Below, in pieces: positions 9,901 to 16,404 of a DNA stretch of 46,528 nucleotides. Position 1 is the stretch's first letter. Each line of letters starts with the position of its first letter. Made by a program: the position numbers and the translations under genes. The stretch lies in assembly GCA_025054635.1 (NCBI GenBank), contig JANWZM010000042.1, forward strand, positions 1-46,528, given 5' to 3'. The notes under the pieces were generated by a model, which ran no database searches, was not told the DNA's origin, and saw only the letters and a list, made by a program, of their open reading frames with translations. Origin of the DNA: Thermoflexales bacterium (GTDB taxonomy: Bacteria; Chloroflexota; Anaerolineae; J036; Brachytrichaceae).

Positions 9901-10563
9901 GCGGTGCAGTGCTTCGGCAAGTGGGTCGAGCCTGAGGGCGCGTTCCGCAGCCTGCAGCGCGCGCGCAAAGTCGCCAATCTGGGTGTAGCTGTCTATCAGC
10001 CGCAGGAGGACATCTCGTTGAATGTGCGCGAAGCGCTCACGCTGTGCCGATAACCAATGCTCAAACTCAGGCGCGCTATGCAGCTCCAGCCCCTGCAGCA
10101 GCGGACCGACGCAAAGCTGAGCCGCACGCTCAGCCGCTTGGATAGCAGAGGGTATGGGCTGCGATGTTGCCTGCTGCGACAAGCGGAGGAACTCGCGCGC
10201 GTCGACTTCGCAAAGTGTGTCGTTTAACTGCAGCGTCTGACCTTCGAGCTGAAACACAGACTCGGCAAGTGCACCGACTGCGCGCCTTAGTTGCGAAAGT
10301 GAGCGGCGCAGGCGCTGGCGTGCCCTGTCTTGAGGGACATCAGACCAGAGCAGGAAGCTCAGCTCGTCGCGCGAGACGGGGCAGTCACTCAACGCCAGCA
10401 CGGAGAGCAGTGCAACGGGTTGGCGACGGCTGATCTGAACAGCTCGTCCACGCACTACAAGCTGTGGTGCGCCGAAGGCGATGAATCGGACGGGTTTTGC
10501 TCGGTGCACGCCTGCTCCTTGGCTGCCCCGATGCTTGAGTGCAGCTCCTGCGCCCAGCCTCAA
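6946..10563 (-). CDS. SARP/AfsR-like regulator: OmpR-type winged-helix + BTAD + P-loop NTPase (STAND-like) + long TPR-like C-terminal region
   Basis: wHTH/BTAD strings LLSVLALSDCPVSRDELSFLLWSDVPQDRARQRLRRSLSQLRR and DAREFLRL. Walker A is VQGAGGAGKSRLL and Walker B is VLVAIDDADQAD. About 500 aa of Ala/Leu-rich TPR-like repeats follow. The ORF-track start is TTG 10563; GTG at 10509 is an alternative. Confidence 0.8.
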   Translation of the reverse strand: MRLGAGAALKHRGSQGAGVHRAKPVRFIAFGAPQLVVRGRAVQISRRQPVALLSVLALSDCPVSRDELSFLLWSDVPQDRARQRLRRSLSQLRRAVGALAESVFQLEGQTLQLNDTLCEVDAREFLRLSQQATSQPIPSAIQAAERAAQLCVGPLLQGLELHSAPEFEHWLSAQRERFAHIQRDVLLRLIDSYTQIGDFARALQAAERALRLDPLAEALHRRAMWLMDRLGKRADAVRSYVVFASFLERELGVVPDEQTRALYQALLEGKSAEQTYALAFGHPVHLVTTASQPSDVQASRAVRQLVLEAVAVCAEQVLRRVLSATSANALPLVIYVQGAGGAGKSRLLKMVIEGLREQRPEVSVWAHCAAQSVCSSAPFSLMTRLLREALNDQLARAASQVSFSSRLPLANLLEAQRLLPELRVAFPRLPPLERTALSDLPSIAERSAHLARARLIASAASALQALAAGRPVLVAIDDADQADPDSLEVLVRALTTHQAPPIVLLLAGRARSPGLERLLAATQQRQLLWLVPLPSLPHEATLRALTSAGIPSEQADMLLECSAGVPLAVIEMLRARSSDAEPCSLDQAIAHNLATLDPLGRRIIESIAILGVSSLTQIQQMTGQEVDVIEERVDQLMAWDWLAASKGEYFIAHPEIQRVVLSKASAVRKQRLHQQAARLLTHAQGEPAQIASHLEQAGQLEEAARAWLRAAHHAAEILAPDFALQAIQRGMQLTHSPEVQFELLCLQEAILHARGARAEQAATLDALCALVDKPNAPPAWLAEVRYRLGRYALARNAWSEAVDALERAAACCLHSDVRALALLGRALAGAGQQAESQRRLSQALELARQRGDRAEQLQCWLNIAEVALQREQFDKAREALSYAVELSDKSSVLLPQLLLALGKLASAQNDFALALAYAQESSELFARRGILDGEAEARTLAARMLARLSRFDEAIQAYEHAHLSYAALMMPQGMAAARVNTAALVLRLGEFERGLSLAREAYDLFAEIQDGRGLCAAANNIGFALIYLGQVDQAERWLREAHQRAVELNLPAQQASALANLGAALLCSGRLGEARACMEQGLALREALGHVDISVDCAFLAVACLRLGDLECAEAYSARGVSVLEQIPQAENPQQVWFARAQVLRAQGRHEEASSALERAAALLQHLQRLLTPRQAATYQSAFPFNTAILRALQQDLWPDPPAIA

Positions 10564-10570
10564 GGGCTTG

Positions 10571-11119
10571 CTACTGCTTTGCCAGAGTCACTTGGTTCAC
10601 ACCAGCGAGGGCGTTCTCGTAGAGGGCTAGCACGAACAGCAACGACGACAAGCGGTTGAGGTAGCGGACAAGCTCAACGTTCTCGATGATGCCATCATGG
10701 AGCAGACGGACGACCACGCGCTCCGCGCGTCGGACGATGGTGCGCGCCAGGTCGAGGTAGGCAGCGGGCAGCGAATCGCCGGGGACAACGAACTCCTTGG
10801 GCAATTGGATCAGCGCTGTGATCTCGTCTGTGCTTTGTTCGAGCCAGCCCACACGCTTTTCGTCTATTTTACGGAATTGATGTGCCACCTGCTGCGTTGC
10901 CGCCAACTCAGCCATCATGTGGTACAAGTCGCGCTGGGCAGCCAACAGCAATTCGCGCGTGCGCGGGCTTTGCGCAGCCGCGCGCGCGATGCCCATCGCC
11001 GCATTGGCTTCGTCCACCGTGCCGTAGGCTTCAGGCTGCAAGGTGTATTTGGCGACTCGACCCTCGCCGAGCAGGCTGGTGAATCCGTCATCCCCCATAC
11101 GCGTGTAGAGTTGAGCCAT
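10571..11119 (-). CDS. PduO-type ATP:cob(I)alamin adenosyltransferase
   Basis: MAQLYTRMGDDGFTSLLGEGRVAKY (the TRxGDxGxT motif) and EANAAMG. I place the start at the internal ATG 11119. The 62-aa ORF-track extension is Arg/Cys-rich and runs through the divergent promoter region. Confidence 0.85.
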   Translation of the reverse strand: MAQLYTRMGDDGFTSLLGEGRVAKYTLQPEAYGTVDEANAAMGIARAAAQSPRTRELLLAAQRDLYHMMAELAATQQVAHQFRKIDEKRVGWLEQSTDEITALIQLPKEFVVPGDSLPAAYLDLARTIVRRAERVVVRLLHDGIIENVELVRYLNRLSSLLFVLALYENALAGVNQVTLAKQ

Positions 11120-11126
11120 ACCTGAG

Positions 11127-11132
11127 ATTATA
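11127..11132 (-). promoter_or_regulatory. consensus -10 hexamer TATAAT exactly 7 nt upstream of the adenosyltransferase ATG (leaderless-type geometry)
   Basis: The minus strand reads cccTATAATctcaggtATG. No Shine-Dalgarno sequence is possible in 7 nt. The -35 is weak or unclear. Confidence 0.35.
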
Positions 11133-11182
11133 GGGAAATGCATCCTACCTCTCAGCCAAGACTTACCCGCGCGATTTATCTG

Positions 11183-11188
11183 TAGCAT
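11183..11188 (+). promoter_or_regulatory. -10-like hexamer TAGCAT 7 nt upstream of the S1 protease ATG
   Basis: The plus strand reads ctgTAGCATtagcgcaATG. This mirrors the divergent gene's geometry. No clear -35. Confidence 0.25.
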
Positions 11189-11195
11189 TAGCGCA

Positions 11196-12050
11196 ATGTT
11201 GCTCAAGGGAGAGCGCGCTGTTTCGTCACAAGGGGCAGAGGCTAAGAAAGCAGCACCTGTGTGGCGACAGCGGATTCGTCCGCTAGCTCTCTTCGGCGCA
11301 GGCATAGCTGCCGCGCTCGTTGCTGTGCTGCTGCGTGACTTGCTTGTTCCTTCCGCGCGCCCACTCTCGCCACGGGAAGTCGCTCAGATCGCTGCTTTGG
11401 TCATGGCATCAGCGACGCCACCTCCGCCAAATGCCGTGTTGGTGTACCGCGCAATCCAGCCCTCGTTGGTTCTTATCCGGGCTGAGATACCTCGGCGAGT
11501 TCAGGCAGACCAACGCGACAGCATCGGTGCTGGTGTCATCGTCAGCGAGCGCGGCGATGTGCTGACCAGCCTACATGTCGTCGAAGGCGCGCAAACCATC
11601 ACGCTGACTTTTGCTGATGGCACAGAGTCGGAAGGCAGAATCATCAACGCACGTCCCGAGAACGACATCGCCGTGCTGCGCGCCGTCAACCCGCCTCAGC
11701 AAATCGTGCCTGCGGTGTTGGGCAGTCCGGGGAGTTTGCGCATCGGCGACGAGGCTTACGTCGTCGGTCATCCTCTGGGCTTGAGCAGCTCATTGAGCGC
11801 AGGCGTGATCTCTGGCTTAAACCGCACGTTCAAGCCAACGAACAGCCCGTATCGCTTAGAGGGGTTGATTCAATTTGACGCAGCAGTGAACCCTGGCAGC
11901 TCTGGCGGGCCGCTGCTGAACCAGTATGGGCAGGTTGTTGGCATCGTCGTGGGGCTAGTTAACCCGGCTGACGTGCGGGCTTTCGCTGGGATCAGCTTCG
12001 CAGTGCCGATTGACGTTGCTGGCGGCGCGGCTGGCTTGCCGCCGTACTAA
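11196..12050 (+). CDS. membrane-anchored trypsin-like serine protease (S1C/HtrA-like catalytic domain, no PDZ)
   Basis: 284 aa with an N-terminal TM helix (LALFGAGIAAALVAVLL). Triad contexts are TSLHVVEG (His), ENDIAVLRA (Asp) and NPGSSGGPLL (Ser). The protein ends shortly after the protease domain. Confidence 0.8.
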   Translation: MLLKGERAVSSQGAEAKKAAPVWRQRIRPLALFGAGIAAALVAVLLRDLLVPSARPLSPREVAQIAALVMASATPPPPNAVLVYRAIQPSLVLIRAEIPRRVQADQRDSIGAGVIVSERGDVLTSLHVVEGAQTITLTFADGTESEGRIINARPENDIAVLRAVNPPQQIVPAVLGSPGSLRIGDEAYVVGHPLGLSSSLSAGVISGLNRTFKPTNSPYRLEGLIQFDAAVNPGSSGGPLLNQYGQVVGIVVGLVNPADVRAFAGISFAVPIDVAGGAAGLPPY

Positions 12051-12071
12051 ACGACAGGAGACGAATCCCAA

Positions 12072-13085
12072 ATGACCCAACCCGAACCTGGTGCTGTCAA
12101 CCGACAGCCACTTGAGCATCTGCTTTACGAAGTCAAGAAAGTCATCGTCGGGCAAGACCACCTCCTAGAGCGGTTGATCGTTGCCCTACTCTCGCGCGGT
12201 CACATCCTAGTCGAAGGGGTGCCTGGCTTGGCAAAAACACTCGCCATCAAAACACTCGCTGAGGCAATCGGCGGCTCGTTCAAACGAATCCAGTTCACCC
12301 CTGACCTCGTTCCAGCAGATTTAGTCGGCACGCGGATTTACAACCAGAAGACGGGAGAGTTCAACACGGCGCTCGGTCCGGTCTTTACTAATCTGCTTTT
12401 GGCGGACGAGATCAATCGCGCGCCTGCCAAAGTGCAGAGCGCCCTGCTCGAAGTCATGCAAGAGCGCCAGGTGACCATCGGTGGTGAAACCCATAAGGTG
12501 CCAAATCCCTTCCTCGTTATGGCGACGCAAAACCCGATTGAGTCTGAGGGCACCTACGCGCTGCCAGAGGCGCAGGTTGACCGCTTCATGCTCAAGGTCA
12601 TCGTCGGCTACCCTGCGCCAACCGAGGAGTTCGTCATCGTCGAGCGCATGATCGGGGTGCTCCAGCCCGTCCAACGTGTGCTCAGCCTGGAGCAGCTTCT
12701 GGAGATGCAGCGCCAGGTTTACAACGTGTATGTTGATCCCTCACTGATTGAGTATGCAGTGCGGATCGTCAACGCCACGCGCAACCCTCAGTCGGTTGGA
12801 TTTGGCGACTTGGCACGCTACATCCAGTTCGGCGCTAGCCCGCGCGCCTCAATCAACATGATGCTGGCTGCGCGCGCGCTGGCATTCATCCGCGGTCGGT
12901 CTTACGTTGTGCCTCAAGACGTGCTCGACGTCGTGCTCGACGTCACTCGCCATCGCATCGTGCTCACCTACGAGGCGCTCGCAGACAATGTCACCCCCGA
13001 CGCGCTGATTTGGCAGATCGTTCAGCGCGTGCCCGTGCCTGAGGTGTCGATCCATGAGCGAGCCAACGCGCGCGCCGTCGCCTGA
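12072..13085 (+). CDS. MoxR-family AAA+ ATPase
   Basis: 337 aa. Walker A is GVPGLAKT and Walker B is LLADEINRAPAKVQSALLE. Also MATQNPIESEGTYALPEAQVDRF and GASPRA. An AGGAGA SD lies upstream. Confidence 0.9.
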   Translation: MTQPEPGAVNRQPLEHLLYEVKKVIVGQDHLLERLIVALLSRGHILVEGVPGLAKTLAIKTLAEAIGGSFKRIQFTPDLVPADLVGTRIYNQKTGEFNTALGPVFTNLLLADEINRAPAKVQSALLEVMQERQVTIGGETHKVPNPFLVMATQNPIESEGTYALPEAQVDRFMLKVIVGYPAPTEEFVIVERMIGVLQPVQRVLSLEQLLEMQRQVYNVYVDPSLIEYAVRIVNATRNPQSVGFGDLARYIQFGASPRASINMMLAARALAFIRGRSYVVPQDVLDVVLDVTRHRIVLTYEALADNVTPDALIWQIVQRVPVPEVSIHERANARAVA

Positions 13086-13965
13086 GCGCATCCTGCTGCG
13101 CCTAGACTGGCACGTCCTACGCCGCCTGGACGGCATGTTGCAGGGCGATTACCGCAGCCTGTTCCGCGGGTCGGGGTTGGACTTTGCTGATTTGCGCGAA
13201 TACCAGGCGCTCGACGACGTGCGCCACATTGATTGGAATGTGACCGCGCGGCTGAACACCCCCTACGTGCGTCAATATTTGGAAGAGCGCGAGATCACCG
13301 CGTGGTTTCTGCTCGACCTTAGCCCTTCAACCGAGTTCGGCCCGCCAACCCACCAAAAGCGCACGGTGCTTGTTGACTTCGTTGCCCTGATCGCCCGATT
13401 GCTCACTCGACGGGGCAACCGCGTCGGCGCGGTGTGCTTCACAGACCGCGTGGAACGCACAGTGCCACTTGGGTTTAGCCGCAACCACGTGCTGCGCCTG
13501 ATCACCGATGTCCTGCGCACTCAACCTGCGCGCACAACTGCACTGACCGATCTGAAACCGCTCCTGCAGCATGCTCTGCGCGTGCTCAAGCGGCGCTCGC
13601 TCGTCTTTATCGTCTCGGACTTCATCAGTGCGCCAGGATGGGAGCCCTCGCTGCGCTTGCTCGCCCACCGCCACGACGTGGTCGCGGTGCGCCTATACGA
13701 CCCGCGCGAGCACGAGTTGCCCGATGTCGGCTTGGTTTGGCTGCAGGACGCGGAGACAGGCGAGCAAGTGCTGGTTGACACTTCCGACCGCCGCTTCCGC
13801 CAACGCTTCGCCCAGCTCATCGCTGAGCGCGAGGCAGCGCTGAAACGCGCGTTCCAGTGGTCAGGCGTCGAAGTGCTGCCGCTTTCAACCGAGCAAGACC
13901 TGGCGCGCGCGGTCGTCAACTTTGCCCTGCGCCGCAAGCGACGCCGAGTCAAGGTAGGTGCGTGA
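13054..13965 (+). CDS. DUF58-family protein (VWA-like partner of MoxR)
   Basis: 303 aa. Signature FADLREYQALDDVRHIDWNVTARL. Overlaps the moxR end by 32 nt. Confidence 0.85.
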   Translation: MSEPTRAPSPERILLRLDWHVLRRLDGMLQGDYRSLFRGSGLDFADLREYQALDDVRHIDWNVTARLNTPYVRQYLEEREITAWFLLDLSPSTEFGPPTHQKRTVLVDFVALIARLLTRRGNRVGAVCFTDRVERTVPLGFSRNHVLRLITDVLRTQPARTTALTDLKPLLQHALRVLKRRSLVFIVSDFISAPGWEPSLRLLAHRHDVVAVRLYDPREHELPDVGLVWLQDAETGEQVLVDTSDRRFRQRFAQLIAEREAALKRAFQWSGVEVLPLSTEQDLARAVVNFALRRKRRRVKVGA

Positions 13966-14969
13966 TGACGCTGCAGTTGCCCTTCATGCTGGCTGCGCTC
14001 ATCGTGCTACCTGTGTTGGTAGCGCTCTACATCCACACGCAGCGTCGGCGCTTTCAGCAAGCCAGCCGTGCAGCCGCACTAGGCTTTCAGACGGCACAGC
14101 CCATTCGAGGGATGCGACGACACGCGCCAGCCACGCTCGCGTTCATTGGCATTACGCTGCTGCTGCTGGCGCTCACCCGACCCCTGGCGACGATCCGCCT
14201 ACCGCAAATTCGCGGTGTCCTCATCCTCGTCGTTGATGTGTCTGGCAGTATGGCTGCGGATGACGTGAAGCCCAGCCGCATGGAGGCGGTTAAGGCAGCA
14301 GCGCGCGCCTTCATTGACTCGCAACCGCCGACAGTCGAGATCGGCGTTGTCGCGTTCAGCGAAGGAGGCTTGACCGTGCAGATGCCCACCACAGACAAAG
14401 CAGCGCTGCGCGCAGCGATTGATCGGCTCGAGCCAACGCGAGGCACCTCACTCGCCAGTGGCATCCTCGGCGCGCTCAAGGTGATTGACGACCTGAACGA
14501 GGATGTCGAGGGCGCAGCCAGCGGCTTGCCTGACGATTCCGCGCCACCACCACAAGTTGTGCGCCCTGGCAGCTACGCGCCTGAGGTGATTGTCTTGATC
14601 AGCGACGGCGAGAACACCGCACCGCCCGACCCAGAGGAGGGCGTGCGCGAAGCTGCGCATCGTGGCATCCGCGTCAACACTATCGGCGTTGGCACGCCAG
14701 AGGGCGCTGTGCTCCAGTTGGAGGGTGGCTTCTCTGTTGTCACACGCCTGTACGAGGACGTGCTGCGCCAAATCGCAGAGGTCACTGGCGGGCGCTACTA
14801 CAACGCGCGCAACGCGGACGACTTCCGCGCGATCTACAACGATATTGGCTTACAGATGACCCTTGAGCCGCAGCGCATCGAGATCACCGCCGTGTTCGCT
14901 GGGCTTGGCTTGGCGCTCATCCTCGTCAGCGGACTGATGTCGTTGACCTGGTTTGGGCGGATGCCCTGA
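13965..14969 (+). CDS. VWA-domain membrane protein (BatA-like)
   Basis: The start is taken at ATG 13965 (TGATG overlap with the DUF58 stop). It has an N-terminal TM segment, the MIDAS motif VVDVSGSM and a C-terminal TM segment (AVFAGLGLALILVSGLM). The ORF-track extension from 13857 is Arg-rich and overlaps DUF58. Confidence 0.85.
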   Translation: MTLQLPFMLAALIVLPVLVALYIHTQRRRFQQASRAAALGFQTAQPIRGMRRHAPATLAFIGITLLLLALTRPLATIRLPQIRGVLILVVDVSGSMAADDVKPSRMEAVKAAARAFIDSQPPTVEIGVVAFSEGGLTVQMPTTDKAALRAAIDRLEPTRGTSLASGILGALKVIDDLNEDVEGAASGLPDDSAPPPQVVRPGSYAPEVIVLISDGENTAPPDPEEGVREAAHRGIRVNTIGVGTPEGAVLQLEGGFSVVTRLYEDVLRQIAEVTGGRYYNARNADDFRAIYNDIGLQMTLEPQRIEITAVFAGLGLALILVSGLMSLTWFGRMP

Positions 14970-14990
14970 GTTTGTGCAAGGAGGAGATGG

Positions 14991-16064
14991 GTGTTTGAGT
15001 TCCAGTGGCCCGCAGCGTTACTTTTGACGCTTCTTGCGCCGCTCGCGCTGCTTGTGCACGTCCTTGTGCAGCGACGGCGCAAGCGCGCAGCCGTACGCTT
15101 CTCCAGCTTATCGCTGCTCTCTGCTGCGCTGCCGAAGCAGAGCCGTTGGCGGCGTTTTGTGCCGCTAGCACTGTTTGTTCTGGCGCTGCTCAGCGCTGCA
15201 GTGGCAGTGGCGCGCCCAACGGCTGTGGCAGTTGCAGCCGTGGATCGCACGACGGTGATCTTAACAATGGACGTGTCGCTCAGCATGTGCGCGACCGACG
15301 TGCAGCCAAATCGCTTGTTCGCAGCTCAAGAGGCAGCGCTGCGCTTCATAGACCGCCAGCGCCCTGAAGTGAAACTAGGGGTCGTTGCCTTCGCAGGTTA
15401 TGCCGAGATTGTGCAGACACCAACGACAGACCACGATGCGGCTCGACGCGCCATTCAAAACTTGACTGTGGGTCGTCGCACCGCGATTGGCAGCGCCATC
15501 TTGCGCTCAATTGACGCTATCGCCGCAGTTGACGACACTGTCCCGCCCATCCCGCGCGGCGTCGCCGAAGCACAGCCCAGCGCCAGACCCGCAGGCGCCT
15601 ATGCGCCAAGCGTGATCGTGCTGCTGACGGACGGGGTGAGCAATACTGGTCCGCGCCCAGAGGTCGCTGCGCAGTTTGCCACTGAGCGCGGTATCCGCAT
15701 CTATACCATCGGCTTCGGCACTGCTCAACCGCTCTCTGAGCTGTTCTGCCCCTCGGAGCAGACAGGAGGGCGACCGCTTTACGTCAGCCGTGACCAATGG
15801 GGGCCGGGGGGCATCGGCGGAGGACAGTCTGCTTTCCGCCGCGGCATTGACGAGGACGCCCTGCGCCAAGTTGCGGAGATGACCGGAGGGGAGTACTTCG
15901 CTGCCGAGAGCGCCGATGAGTTGTTCGCGGTCTTCGAAAACCTGCCCGTGAACTTCGCTGCGCGCACGCAGCAGACTGAGATCAGTGCGCTTTTTGCAGC
16001 GCTCAGCGCCTTGTTTGCTGTTGCTGCGTTCGGGTTGTCGTTGGTCTGGAATCCGTTGTCCTGA
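14991..16064 (+). CDS. VWA-domain membrane protein (BatB-like)
   Basis: GTG start preceded by AAGGAGGAG. N-terminal TM segments, the MIDAS motif TMDVSLSM and a C-terminal TM segment (ALFAALSALFAVAAFGL). Confidence 0.85.
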   Translation: MFEFQWPAALLLTLLAPLALLVHVLVQRRRKRAAVRFSSLSLLSAALPKQSRWRRFVPLALFVLALLSAAVAVARPTAVAVAAVDRTTVILTMDVSLSMCATDVQPNRLFAAQEAALRFIDRQRPEVKLGVVAFAGYAEIVQTPTTDHDAARRAIQNLTVGRRTAIGSAILRSIDAIAAVDDTVPPIPRGVAEAQPSARPAGAYAPSVIVLLTDGVSNTGPRPEVAAQFATERGIRIYTIGFGTAQPLSELFCPSEQTGGRPLYVSRDQWGPGGIGGGQSAFRRGIDEDALRQVAEMTGGEYFAAESADELFAVFENLPVNFAARTQQTEISALFAALSALFAVAAFGLSLVWNPLS

Positions 16065-16065
16065 A

Positions 16066-16404
16066 TTGGGGATCACCTTCGAGGCTGTGTATGAAGTGGT
16101 GAGGCTCATCCCTCGGGGGAAGGTGATGAGCTACGGGGGTGTGGCGCGTTTGTGTGGCAGTCCGCATAGCGCACGCTACGTTGGGTTTGCCTTACATGCG
16201 CTGTTGCCTGATAGCGACATTCCCTGGTGGCGAGTAGTGAATGCTTGGGGGCGTATCTCGAACACATATCTGCCAGAGGAGCAGCGCCAGCGGCTAGAGG
16301 CTGAGGGGGTTGTCGTCGGTGACGACTGGCGCATTGACATGCGCTTGTTCGACGCCGAGTCAGTTGTTGCTGAGGAACTTGCGCGTCAGAGGTCGCTCAG
16401 ATAG
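16066..16404 (+). CDS. alkyltransferase-like (ATL) protein: MGMT DNA-binding fold lacking the acceptor cysteine
   Basis: [25 protein letters not shown] and IPWWRVVN, i.e. the PCHR motif with Trp in place of Cys. The start is uncertain. I use TTG 16066, 1 nt after the batB-like stop, because the ORF-track ATG (15985) lies inside the upstream gene. Confidence 0.7.
   Translation: MGITFEAVYEVVRLIPRGKVMSYGGVARLCGSPHSARYVGFALHALLPDSDIPWWRVVNAWGRISNTYLPEEQRQRLEAEGVVVGDDWRIDMRLFDAESVVAEELARQRSLR

Noticed and set aside
6946-10563. Considered whether the large P-loop/TPR protein is an Avs-like antiviral STAND defence protein.
   Set aside because: The N-terminal module is a clear OmpR-type winged helix plus BTAD (SARP/AfsR regulator), not a nuclease, protease or other effector. 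No other defence or mobile genes are nearby.
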